Shown here: piece after piece, positions 39,308 through 48,341 of the stretch
Numbering within the stretch: the first letter of the stretch is position 1
Layout of the letters: the number at the start of each line of letters is the position of its first letter
NCBI GenBank assembly: GCA_958347015.1
Contig: CATVTV010000003.1
Location: 77,462-141,461, forward strand
Length of the DNA stretch: 64,000 nucleotides
Direction of reading: 5' to 3'
From: an uncultured Collinsella sp.
GTDB lineage: Bacteria; Actinomycetota; Coriobacteriia; Coriobacteriales; Coriobacteriaceae
Program-made: the position numbers and the translations under genes
The notes under the pieces: model-generated
Seen by the model: the letters and a program-made list of their open reading frames with translations, nothing else
The model's database searches: none
Told to the model about the DNA's origin: nothing

Positions 39308-41224
39308 ATGGAAGAGGCCTATCGTCAAGCACGCAAGCGCGGCGAGCAGGGACGCCGTCGCGCCATCAGCCAAAGCGAGCACCCGTACCTTACGGACCTC
39401 GACGGCCTCGTTTCCCAGCTCCCCTTAGGCCAGCGAGAGAGCGTCGGTCTGAGGGACATTCCGCTCGAAATGGTCGTCGGCACGGTCACCAAAGGCCGTC
39501 AGTCTGCCTTTTCGTGTAACTTTATGCCCCTGCTGCCGTTTAACACCGAGTTCGCCCGCAAGTGGTCCAACCTCTACGACATCCAGGTGACCGAGGGCTA
39601 TCGCGACCCCATCATCGTCACCGAGTTCATGCATCGGTTCTATGTCCAGGAAGGCAACAAGCGCGTCAGCGTCCTCAAATTCCTGGACGCCCCGACGGTT
39701 TCGGCCAAGGTCACCCGTCTCTACCCCGGCAAATGGAACTCCGTCGAAAGCCGCCTGTACGGTGAATTCTGCGCGTTTTGGCGCGTCTGTCCCCTATACG
39801 AGATCGAGTTCTCGCGTGAGGGAAGCTACGAGACGCTCGCCAAGATGCTCGGTCAGAACCTTATCGAAAAGTGGCCACAGAAAAAGGTCGACTACCTGCG
39901 CCACACCTTCCTACTCTTTAAGCGTGCCTACCTTCGCGCGGGCGGCGACCACCTGGACATTACGCCCGCCGACGCCATGCTCGTCTACCTCAATGTGTAC
40001 AACCAGGACCGCCTGCTGGATACGCCGACGGATATCGTCGTAAACCGCCTGTGCAAGATGTGGCGCGAGTTGGTCATTGCCGGCAAAAATGACGAGGACA
40101 AGGTCGATCTTGTCGAGGCACCGAGCGTCGATGAGGAAGAGGCGCCCGCCAAGTCCACCTCCGGCGTGTTCAACTTCTTTATGGGCAAGACCGTTTATTC
40201 GGCGGCCAACCCTCTGCGCATCGCCTTTATCCATGAATTCCCCTGTGCATCGTCGAGCTGGGACAGCTTGCACGACCAAGGGCGTCAGTATCTCGACGAG
40301 CACTTTGGCGGCATCGTGCGCACCGAGGCATTCGAGGACTGCCACGATCCGGACGTGTTCTACGCCGCCGTGGAAACGGCTGTCAAACATGGTGCTAACG
40401 TCATCTTCTCGACCTCGCACCGCCTGATGGAATATACGCTCAGGGCTGCCGTTGAGTATCCCCAGGTTCGGTTCCTCAACTGCTCTATCGGCCTTCCCCA
40501 CCAAAGCGTCCGTTCGTATTTTGGAAAGATGTACGAGGCTAAATTCCTCCTGGGCGCCCTTGCCGCCAGCATGGCGGACAACCATCGCATTGGCTACCAC
40601 GCGTCGGTCTTTGCGTCGGGCGCACTTAGCGAGATCAACGCCTTTGCGATTGGCGCCTCGCTGCTCGACCCCCGCGCGCAGGTAATCCTCACCTGGGGCG
40701 ATGTGCCCGCCGGCGGTCTTGCCGAGGCCATGTGCCGCGAAGGCGTGAGCGTCATGACCGGCGCTGACATGTCCAAGTCGCTGGAGGACCCTACGGCCTA
40801 CGGACTCCACCGCCTGGTCGATGGCAAGGTCGTCGGCATCGCCATGCCGGTATGGAACTGGGGCCGATACTACGAGCTTATCGTGCGAAGCCTGCTGCAT
40901 GGCACCTGGGATGAGACCAGTGACGCCAACCAGGTTCGCGCCGTCAACTACTGGTGCGGCATGAGCTCGGGCGTTATCGACATTCGCTACGCGCCGGGCC
41001 TGCCCTATCAGACGCGCAAACTGGTGCAGCTACTCCGCAACGGCATCGTCGAGGGCTCCATCAATCCGTTTGGCGGTGAGCTCCACAGTCAGAGCGGCGT
41101 GGTGCAGATCGAGGGCTTTCCCCCACTGCCAAGCACGCAAATCGTCGAGATGAACTGGCTGGCCGACAACGTGGTAGGCGCCATTCCACAGCCCAACGAT
41201 GAGCCGAAAGTCCGCGCCCTATGA
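39308..41224 (+). CDS. Cytoplasmic fusion: ParB/Srx-like N-terminal domain + BMP/PnrA-type ligand-binding domain
   Basis: No signal peptide or lipobox; IPLEMVVGT..DPIIV..FYVQEGNKRVSV (ParB-like); C-terminal WDSLHDQGR, YEAKFLLGALA, INAFAIGA, WNWGRYY, LADNVVG (BMP-like). Confidence 0.75.
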   Translation: MEEAYRQARKRGEQGRRRAISQSEHPYLTDLDGLVSQLPLGQRESVGLRDIPLEMVVGTVTKGRQSAFSCNFMPLLPFNTEFARKWSNLYDIQVTEGYRDPIIVTEFMHRFYVQEGNKRVSVLKFLDAPTVSAKVTRLYPGKWNSVESRLYGEFCAFWRVCPLYEIEFSREGSYETLAKMLGQNLIEKWPQKKVDYLRHTFLLFKRAYLRAGGDHLDITPADAMLVYLNVYNQDRLLDTPTDIVVNRLCKMWRELVIAGKNDEDKVDLVEAPSVDEEEAPAKSTSGVFNFFMGKTVYSAANPLRIAFIHEFPCASSSWDSLHDQGRQYLDEHFGGIVRTEAFEDCHDPDVFYAAVETAVKHGANVIFSTSHRLMEYTLRAAVEYPQVRFLNCSIGLPHQSVRSYFGKMYEAKFLLGALAASMADNHRIGYHASVFASGALSEINAFAIGASLLDPRAQVILTWGDVPAGGLAEAMCREGVSVMTGADMSKSLEDPTAYGLHRLVDGKVVGIAMPVWNWGRYYELIVRSLLHGTWDETSDANQVRAVNYWCGMSSGVIDIRYAPGLPYQTRKLVQLLRNGIVEGSINPFGGELHSQSGVVQIEGFPPLPSTQIVEMNWLADNVVGAIPQPNDEPKVRAL

Positions 41225-41931
41225 AGATCCTTGCCGTAGCCGATACCGAGGAACGATGCCTTTGGGAATGCTTTCGCAAGGAACGCTTTGAGGGTGTCGA
41301 CCTGATTTTGTCCGCCGGCGATCTGGACCCGGATTATCTTGAGTTTTTGGTCACCGTCATCAACAAACCGCTCATCTACGTGCGCGGCAACCACGATGAC
41401 CGCTATTCACGTCATGCACCGGGTGGCTGCATCTGTGTCGAAGACGCCGTCTACGTGTACCGCGGCGTCCGCATTGCGGGGCTTGGCGGCTCCATGCGCT
41501 ACCGAGACGGTGCCAACATGTATACCGAGCGCGAGATGACCAAGCGCATGCGCAAGCTCTCCCGCAAAGTGAGGATGGTCGGCGGCTGCGACATCCTGCT
41601 CACTCACGCGCCCGCCGCCGGCGTGGGCGATCTGGATGATCTGCCGCATCGAGGATTCGAATGCTTTAACACGGCGCTTGAGTCCTGGGGGGCCGACTAC
41701 ATGGTGCACGGGCATGTGCACCAATGCTATGGCCACGATTTTCAACGTGAGCGGCAACACACGTGCGGGACGACGATCATCAACGCCTGCGGTTATACGC
41801 AGTTTGAGCTGGACGAGGCGCGCTACCCCATCCGTGGCTGGCAGGCAGCTTGGCTCAATTCGCAAACTATGCGCCGCGAGCTCAAGCGCCACGAGGCCAT
41901 CGAGTCCTCAACCGCCAGAACACCCTGGTAA
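41221..41931 (+). CDS. Calcineurin-like metallophosphoesterase (Icc-related)
   Basis: ILAVAD, SAGDL, VRGNHD, LLTHAP, HGHVH; ATGA overlap with the upstream gene. Confidence 0.92.
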   Translation: MKILAVADTEERCLWECFRKERFEGVDLILSAGDLDPDYLEFLVTVINKPLIYVRGNHDDRYSRHAPGGCICVEDAVYVYRGVRIAGLGGSMRYRDGANMYTEREMTKRMRKLSRKVRMVGGCDILLTHAPAAGVGDLDDLPHRGFECFNTALESWGADYMVHGHVHQCYGHDFQRERQHTCGTTIINACGYTQFELDEARYPIRGWQAAWLNSQTMRRELKRHEAIESSTARTPW

Positions 41932-42089
41932 CCACCTTTAAGGCTTGACGCTGCGCCGGCCCCAAGCACCCCATCTCGCCCCTCAAGCCGTCGCTCGCGT
42001 ACCAAAGTACGCATCGCTCCTCTTTCGGGGCGACCTGGGGCACTTGGAACCGGCTCGCTGCGATGCCATAACATTGACGCCAAAGTGCC

Positions 42090-42130
42090 CAAGCCACCAC
42101 AAAGGTGCCTGTCCCCGTTGTGGTGGTTTT
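42090..42130. repeat. GGGACAGG-loop hairpin, family C, copy 3 (inverted)
   Basis: 38/41 match to the reverse complement of 36234-36274. Confidence 0.85.
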
Positions 42131-42143
42131 GGCCCGAGATAGC

Positions 42144-42183
42144 AAGAAACCCGGTCCTGCACGAGGCAGAACCGGGTTTCTTT
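42144..42183. terminator. rplA terminator (possibly bidirectional)
   Basis: AAGAAACCCGGT..ACCGGGTTTCTT. Confidence 0.75.
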
Positions 42184-42218
42184 AGCAATGCTTGCTTTGC
42201 TCAGGCAGTAACTGTTAG

Positions 42219-42926
42219 TTACTCAGCCAGGAAGTCACGCTGGACAGCGGGATCGACCTTGACGCCAGGGCCCATGGTGGAAGACACGGAGATAGACTTG
42301 ACGTACTTACCCTTAGCAGAAGAGGGCTTGACGCGCAGAATCTCGGTGTACAGGGCAGCGTAGTTCTCGACGAGCTGCTGCTCAGAGAAGGACTTCTTGC
42401 CCAGGGGCACGTGGCAGATGCCGTAACGGTCGGCGCGGTACTCAACGCGGCCGGCCTTGAGCTCGGAGACCATCTTGGCGACGTCCATAGTCACGGTGCC
42501 GAGCTTGGGGTTCGGCATGAGGCCACGGGGACCAAGGATCTTACCGATGCGGCCAACCTTGGCCATCATGTTCGGCGTAGCGATAGCGGCGTCGAAGTTG
42601 ATCTCGCCCTTCTGGATCTGGGCGACGAGCTCGTCGGAACCGATGATGTCGGCGCCGGCAGCCTCGGCCTCGCGAGCCTTCTCGCCCTCGGCGAAGACGG
42701 CAACACGAACGGTCTTGCCGGTGCCGTGGGGCAGAGAGATGGAACCACGGATGTTCTGGTCAGCCTTACGAGTATCGATGCCCAGACGGAAGTGGGCCTC
42801 GACGGTCTCGTCGAACTTGGCGGTGTCGAGCTCCTTGATGAGCTTGGCAGCCTGAAGGGGGGTGTAGAGCGTGGCGCGGTCGATCTTCTCGGCAGCGGCG
42901 TTATAGCTCTTACCATGCTTAGCCAT
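42219..42926 (-). CDS. rplA: 50S ribosomal protein L1
   Basis: [30 protein letters not shown]. Confidence 0.99.
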   Translation of the reverse strand: MAKHGKSYNAAAEKIDRATLYTPLQAAKLIKELDTAKFDETVEAHFRLGIDTRKADQNIRGSISLPHGTGKTVRVAVFAEGEKAREAEAAGADIIGSDELVAQIQKGEINFDAAIATPNMMAKVGRIGKILGPRGLMPNPKLGTVTMDVAKMVSELKAGRVEYRADRYGICHVPLGKKSFSEQQLVENYAALYTEILRVKPSSAKGKYVKSISVSSTMGPGVKVDPAVQRDFLAE

Positions 42927-42940
42927 GTGCATTACCTCCT

Positions 42941-42968
42941 GTGGTTAAACGGGCGTGAGCCCTCCCAC
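42941..42968 (-). promoter_or_regulatory. Putative L1-binding autoregulatory site
   Basis: Minus strand GTGGGAG-GGC..GCCC-GTTTAACCAC immediately before the rplA RBS, resembling L1-binding elements. Confidence 0.6.
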
Positions 42969-43043
42969 ATCGTATCGTGTGCCCTATTGCACACATATAA
43001 CGGGCGCCTCGGTCGGGGCACCCGTCATTACCTAAAGAAATCG

Positions 43044-43472
43044 CTACTCAGCGATGGTGACGCCCATGGAGCGGGCGGTACCGGCGATGATCTTCTTGGC
43101 GGCGTCAATGTCGTTGGCATTGAGGTCAGGCATCTTGATCTCGGCGATCTTGGTGAGCTGCTCCTGGGAGAGCTGACCGACCTTGTCGGCCTGGGGCTTA
43201 GCGGAACCAGACTTGAGGTTCAGCTCCTTCTTGATGAGGTGAGCCGCCGGCGGGGTCTTGGTGATGAAGGAGAAGGACTTATCCTCGTAGACAGAGATCT
43301 CAACGGGGATGATGTCGCCCTTCTTGTCCTGCGTCTCGGCGTTAAATGCCTGGCAGAACTGCATGATGTTCACGCCAGCAGCGCCCAGGGCGGGGCCGAC
43401 GGGAGGAGCGGGGTTAGCGGCACCAGCAGGAATCTGGAGCTTAATGACGTTGGCAACCTTCTTCTCAGCCAT
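43044..43472 (-). CDS. rplK: 50S ribosomal protein L11
   Basis: [26 protein letters not shown]. Confidence 0.99.
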   Translation of the reverse strand: MAEKKVANVIKLQIPAGAANPAPPVGPALGAAGVNIMQFCQAFNAETQDKKGDIIPVEISVYEDKSFSFITKTPPAAHLIKKELNLKSGSAKPQADKVGQLSQEQLTKIAEIKMPDLNANDIDAAKKIIAGTARSMGVTIAE

Positions 43473-43592
43473 GGTCATTCCTTTCGAATCACGAGTGTGA
43501 AGTACTTGCTATATCGTAAGCACGCACGTGTTAGAAGCACTCCTGAGATGAGCAGTCACAGAAGAAGCACGCTCGCGCGAACGGACGAAAAC

Positions 43593-44129
43593 TTAAGCGA
43601 TGACAGCGACCTGGTTAAAGTCGAGCTCGACCGGCGTCTCGCGGCCAAAGATCATCAGCGTAACCTTGAGCTTGCCAGCCTCGGTGTTAACCTCGGAGAC
43701 CTTGCCATCAAAGTCGGTAAGCGGACCATCGGTGACGCGGACGGACGTGCCGACCTCAATATCAACCGAGGTGCGCTTGGGCGAATCGCCCTTACCGGGA
43801 CGACGAGTCATCTTGTTGTACTCGTCGCGGGAAAGCGGAGCGGGCTTGCCGTTGCCGCCCAGGAAACCGGTAACGCCAGGCGTGTTACGAACACACGTCC
43901 AAGCATCGTCATCCATCTCCATGCGGACCAGGACATAACCCGGGAAGATCTTGGAATCCTTGGTCTCACGCTTGCCACCCTCTTTAATCTCGGTGACACG
44001 CTCCATAGGAATCTCGATATCAAAGATACGGTCCTGCATGCCCATAGTCTCGATGCGATGCTCGAGATCGGACTTAACGCGGTTCTCGTATCCAGAGTAA
44101 GTGTGAACGACGTACCAACGCTTAGACAT
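43593..44129 (-). CDS. nusG: Transcription factor NusG
   Basis: [28 protein letters not shown]. Confidence 0.98.
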   Translation of the reverse strand: MSKRWYVVHTYSGYENRVKSDLEHRIETMGMQDRIFDIEIPMERVTEIKEGGKRETKDSKIFPGYVLVRMEMDDDAWTCVRNTPGVTGFLGGNGKPAPLSRDEYNKMTRRPGKGDSPKRTSVDIEVGTSVRVTDGPLTDFDGKVSEVNTEAGKLKVTLMIFGRETPVELDFNQVAVIA

Positions 44130-44132
44130 GGT

Positions 44133-44471
44133 TTAGCCCCTCAATCCAGAGAACAGAGCAAGAGCCTCGCCAAAGCCAGCATCGAGCAGAGCGATGACGA
44201 CGCCGACGACGATCAGAGAAGCGCAAACGACGACCGAGTAGTTCACGAGCTCCTTCTTATCGGGCCACGTGACACGCTTCATCTCGGACTTGACCGAAGC
44301 GAAATACTTCTTGGTGCGGGCGAAGAAACCAGGCTTCTCGTTCTTCTTGGACTTCGCAGCCTTCTCGTTCTTCTTGGCAACGGCCTTCTTGGCCTCAACC
44401 TTGGAGTTGGCGGCAGCGTTGTTGGCAGGCACCTGCTGCTGAGCCTTCTTCTTGTTCTTCTTGTTGGCCAT
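44133..44471 (-). CDS. secE: Preprotein translocase SecE
   Basis: EMKRVTWP + one TM; lies between tRNA-Trp and nusG. Confidence 0.95.
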   Translation of the reverse strand: MANKKNKKKAQQQVPANNAAANSKVEAKKAVAKKNEKAAKSKKNEKPGFFARTKKYFASVKSEMKRVTWPDKKELVNYSVVVCASLIVVGVVIALLDAGFGEALALFSGLRG

Positions 44472-44547
44472 TTGGGTTACCTCCGCGCAATGCGCTTATA
44501 CATGAGTAAACCGTAAGCCCCCAATTGGGAGCTTACGGAATAATGAC

Positions 44548-44623
44548 TGGCACGCCAGGAAGGACTCGAACCCTCAACACTCGGTTTTGGAGACCGATGC
44601 TCTACCAATTGAACTACTGGCGT
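44548..44623 (-). tRNA. tRNA-Trp(CCA)
   Basis: Cloverleaf, anticodon CCA, GTTCGAG T-loop, encoded CCA end. Confidence 0.96.
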
Positions 44624-44636
44624 ATGTGACTAGAGA

Positions 44637-44786
44637 CTAGCGAGTCTCTTTGTGCAGCGTGTGGTGACGGCACCAGGGGCAATACTTCTTGATCTCCATA
44701 CGATCAGGCATGGTCGACTTGTTCTTGGTGGTCGTATAGTTGCGGCGCTTGCACTCAGTGCACGCAAGAGTAACTAGAGTACGCAT
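44637..44786 (-). CDS. rpmG: 50S ribosomal protein L33 (Zn-binding type; absent from the ORF track)
   Basis: [49 protein letters not shown]. Confidence 0.97.
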   Translation of the reverse strand: MRTLVTLACTECKRRNYTTTKNKSTMPDRMEIKKYCPWCRHHTLHKETR

Positions 44787-45003
44787 GTATCCTGAACCTT
44801 TCATTTCCGCCCCGTACGGGCACGAGTTGATACTTTATCAGCTCTACGTAAGTGCTGTCAACGAAAACCTCGAATCAATTGGTTCTCGGTGAACCCATTC
44901 ATATTTGGAACACATCAATGGAGCCAACGAGATCTAATCGACGGTGCACCCAGGACCATAATCGATCCTCTCGACACCAGCAACGGCTCAATATCCATTG
45001 CAG

Positions 45004-45038
45004 AAAAGAACCCGGCACCCATATAAGTGCCGGGTTCT
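45004..45038 (-). terminator. tuf terminator
   Basis: AGAACCCGGCAC..GTGCCGGGTTCT + T run on the minus strand. Confidence 0.8.
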
Positions 45039-45065
45039 CTAAGTCAGCTATATCAAAGAGCTAAT

Positions 45066-46256
45066 TTACTCAATGATCGTGGAGACGATGCCCGAACCAA
45101 CGGTGTGACCACCCTCGCGGATAGCGAAGCGCAGGCCCTCCTCCATGGCGATCGGGTGGATGAGGTCGCCCTCGATGGTGATGTGGTCACCAGGCATAGC
45201 CATCTCGGTGCCCTCGGGGAGCTTGACCGTACCGGTAACGTCGGTGGTACGGAAGTAGAACTGAGGACGATAACCATCGAAGAACGGGGTGTGACGGCCG
45301 CCCTCCTCCTTGGTCAGAACGTAGATCTCGCCGGTGAACTTGGTGTGCGGGGTAACCGAACCGGGCTTGCAGAGAACCTGGCCGCGCTCGATGTCCTCGC
45401 GCTTGATGCCGCGGAGCAGCAGACCGACGTTGTCGCCAGCCTCGCAGAAGTCCATGGACTTACGGAACATCTCGATACCGGTAACGACGGTGTTCTGGGT
45501 ATCCTTGATGCCGACGATCTCGACGGGCTCGTTGAGCTTGAGCTCACCGCGCTCGACACGGCCGGTAGCAACGGTACCACGGCCGGAGATGGTCATAACG
45601 TCCTCAACGGCCATCAGGAACGGGAGGTCGTTGTTACGAGCAGGCGTCGGGATGTACTCGTCGACGGCCTTCATGAGCTCGCGAATGGCGTCCATCCACT
45701 TGGCGTCGCCCTCGAGAGCGCCCAGAGCGGAACCACGGATGACGGGGATGTCGTCGCCGGGGAAATCGTACTCGGAGAGGAGCTCACGCGTCTCCATCTC
45801 GACGAGGTCGATGAGCTCGTCATCGTCGACCATGTCGCACTTGTTCAGGAAGACGACGATGTAGGGAACGCCGACCTGACGGGCGAGCAGGATGTGCTCG
45901 CGGGTCTGAGCCATGGGGCCGTCGGTAGCGGCGATGACCAGGATAGCGCCGTCCATCTGAGCAGCACCGGAGATCATGTTCTTGACGTAGTCAGCGTGGC
46001 CCGGGCAGTCAACGTGAGCGTAGTGACGGGCAGCGGTCTCGTACTCGACGTGGGAGACGGAAATCGTAATGCCGCGCTCGCGCTCCTCGGGAGCCTTGTC
46101 GATGTTCTCGAACGCAGTGAAGTCAGCCTTGCAGCCCTCGGTCTCGGAGAGAACCTTGGTGATGGCAGCGGTCAGCGTGGTCTTGCCGTGGTCGACGTGA
46201 CCAATGGTGCCGATGTTAACATGCGGCTTAGTGCGCTCAAACTTCTCTTTGGCCAT
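45066..46256 (-). CDS. tuf: Elongation factor Tu
   Basis: [21 protein letters not shown]. Confidence 0.99.
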   Translation of the reverse strand: MAKEKFERTKPHVNIGTIGHVDHGKTTLTAAITKVLSETEGCKADFTAFENIDKAPEERERGITISVSHVEYETAARHYAHVDCPGHADYVKNMISGAAQMDGAILVIAATDGPMAQTREHILLARQVGVPYIVVFLNKCDMVDDDELIDLVEMETRELLSEYDFPGDDIPVIRGSALGALEGDAKWMDAIRELMKAVDEYIPTPARNNDLPFLMAVEDVMTISGRGTVATGRVERGELKLNEPVEIVGIKDTQNTVVTGIEMFRKSMDFCEAGDNVGLLLRGIKREDIERGQVLCKPGSVTPHTKFTGEIYVLTKEEGGRHTPFFDGYRPQFYFRTTDVTGTVKLPEGTEMAMPGDHITIEGDLIHPIAMEEGLRFAIREGGHTVGSGIVSTIIE

Positions 46257-46352
46257 AAAGCCCTCCTCTTAACAGGTCGTCCCCGGACGGGACTTTGCCT
46301 TTATACCATAGTGGCCTCTCAACATACTATTGAGAAGCCACCGTGTTACCTA

Positions 46353-46429
46353 TGGTAGCGGTGACTGGATTCGAACCAGTGACGCCACGGGTATGAACCG
46401 TGTGCTCTAACCAACTGAGCTACACCGCC
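46353..46429 (-). tRNA. tRNA-Met(CAT), probably elongator
   Basis: GGCGGTG..CACGG-TT-CAT-AC-CCGTG..ACCA. Confidence 0.92.
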
Positions 46430-46432
46430 GGA

Positions 46433-46508
46433 TGGAGCCTGCAACCAGACTTGAACTGGTGACCTCTTCGTTACCAACGAAGTGCTCTACCGACTGAGCT
46501 ATACAGGC
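46433..46508 (-). tRNA. tRNA-Thr(GGT)
   Basis: CTTCG-TT-GGT-AA-CGAAG anticodon arm, CCA end. Confidence 0.95.
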
Positions 46509-46518
46509 ACTTGACGGG

Positions 46519-46600
46519 TGGGAGCTATAGGATTCGAACCTATGTAGGCAGAGCCAACGGGTTTACAGCCCGTCCCCATTAACCACTCGGGCAAACTCCC
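46519..46600 (-). tRNA. tRNA-Tyr(GTA), full CCA not encoded
   Basis: ACGGG-CT-GTA-AA-CCCGT, long variable arm. Confidence 0.95.
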
Positions 46601-46907
46601 AATCGTTCAAGTATCCGCAGGTCCTTTGGTCTTTTGGACCGCCGCCCCCGCGAACGAAGAAGATAATACGATGCCACCTTGGGGGCTGTCAACGAAAACC
46701 TCTAGATACACGGTGCCGGGCGTATCTACATACCTTTGACCTGCGGTTTTGCTGAGTTTGGATATGGAGGACGGTGAATTTGCATATAGCGGTGACATTT
46801 CCCGAGGGAACACTTTTGCGTAGTGGAGTACACCATCAGGATCGAACTTTGATATCGACTCATTTGCACCTATATATAGGTCGATATCGGGCTTCCCAGA
46901 CAGAATC

Positions 46908-47000
46908 GAGCGTGGATAATCTCCCGCTTTTTGCGTGGCTTCGAGCCCAAAGTGGGAGATTATCCACGCTCATTCACTTAGCAGGAGATTTTCCACGCTC
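46908..47000. repeat. Palindrome plus an extra half-site
   Basis: GAGCGTGGATAATCTCCC..GGGAGATTATCCACGCTC (46908-46971), then GGAGATTTTCCACGCTC (46984-47000). Confidence 0.75.
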
Positions 47001-47054
47001 GTATGTCCGGAAATCCTCGCTCGACCAGGATGACTGGGACCGGTCCGGCCTTTG

Positions 47055-47269
47055 TCTCAATCTGTAACATTTAGAGAACATTTTCTCCCCTATCTGTTAC
47101 AGATCGAGATGTTTCGCAGAGACCCCAGCTTACGTCTCATTCTGTAACAGCTAGAACGGTTTTCGGCCTCTTCGTGTTACAGATTGAGATGTTATCGGCC
47201 ATCCCTTGGCATTGTCTCAATCTGTAACTATAAGGAGGGTTTTCAGCCTCTTCGTGTTACAGATTGAGA
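47055..47269. repeat. 80-bp-period alternating inverted-repeat array, family E, 3 units
   Basis: TCTCAATCTGTAAC-like arms at 47055/47135/47215; GTTACAGATTGAGA-like arms at 47096/47176/47256. Confidence 0.9.
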
Positions 47270-47361
47270 CAAACCGAAAACGGAATGGGCGCTGACCCAA
47301 TGGCACACCACCTAAAAAGAAACGGGCCCTGTCCCATAAGGAACAGAGCCCGAAACTCTCA

Positions 47362-47436
47362 TGGAGCCAGTGACAGGAATCGAACCTGCAACCCACTGAT
47401 TACAAATCAGTTGCGCTACCGTTGCGCCACACTGGC
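47362..47436 (-). tRNA. tRNA-Thr(TGT)
   Basis: ACTGA-TT-TGT-AA-TCAGT, GTTCGATT, CCA end. Confidence 0.95.
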
Positions 47437-47660
47437 ACACTTGGCGCTTTCACGCGAAGCCAGTTAAGAATAAAGGAATTGCGGACGAGGCGCAACAGAC
47501 CCTTTGACCGACCACATCTCAAAACCCTTCGTCAGAACGAATAGTTTTATCTGTTCGCCAGAACCAAAAACTATTCGTTTTGGCGACGGTAAGCCCGCAG
47601 CCCATTGATTACAAATCAACGGGCTGGCCAATTGGGAAACGGGTCTCTATGGACAATCCC

Positions 47661-48338
47661 CTACCTCCCGCGCAACGCCTTGAGCTTGGCCAGCGCATCG
47701 GGACTTAGGCGACTGCCCAGGGTCATCTTGATCTGCGGAGCTTCCTCTGCCTCGTGAACGTCGTTATCGATCTGTTTGATCTCGTCCACCAGCATGCGGC
47801 TCGATATGCGCGTGACACCCTTGCCCATGACGACGGCCTGAATCGTGCCGTCGCTCGACACCACGGAGCACGCGCGGCCTTCCTCGCGCGCCTCGATGCA
47901 GAGCTTCTGCACCACGGTATCGGCCGAGACGCCCGTCGGCGAAAACTCGATGCGCACGCCACGGGCCGGCAGGTTGGGGCGCTCGTTGGAGATATTGCCC
48001 GCGCCGTCGAACACGATCACGGCCTCGTAGCGGCCCTGGGCAAAGGCGGCGACGTCGTTGATGAGGGCAGTGCGCGCCATATCGTGAACGTCGCTGGAAT
48101 ACGGATCGTCGGAATGGTCGTACACGAGCTTTTCGTAACGCGGCGTGCAGTGGATCACGTTGTAGCCGTCGACCACCAGCAGCTCGGGCTTACTGGAGTG
48201 CACCGTCGAGACCGGATCGGCGATGGCCTGCGCAAACGCATTGCCGCCCACGCCATAGGTCGCGGCCGAAACAATCGGCTTGGCCGAGCCCTCGCCAAAG
48301 CGCTTGGCCTTGGACTTGGCGCGGTTCTTCTTGGACAT
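47661..48338 (-). CDS. NYN-domain ribonuclease (YacP/Rae1-like)
   Basis: LLVVDGYNVI, IVFDG, SADTV, VVSSD; follows rlmB as in the Firmicute cysS operon. Confidence 0.88.
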   Translation of the reverse strand: MSKKNRAKSKAKRFGEGSAKPIVSAATYGVGGNAFAQAIADPVSTVHSSKPELLVVDGYNVIHCTPRYEKLVYDHSDDPYSSDVHDMARTALINDVAAFAQGRYEAVIVFDGAGNISNERPNLPARGVRIEFSPTGVSADTVVQKLCIEAREEGRACSVVSSDGTIQAVVMGKGVTRISSRMLVDEIKQIDNDVHEAEEAPQIKMTLGSRLSPDALAKLKALRGR

Positions 48339-48341
48339 GCG

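Noticed and set aside
46601..47361. Integrated prophage or island at the tRNA cluster
   Set aside because: No integrase, phage genes or duplicated tRNA 3' end seen; only non-coding repeats
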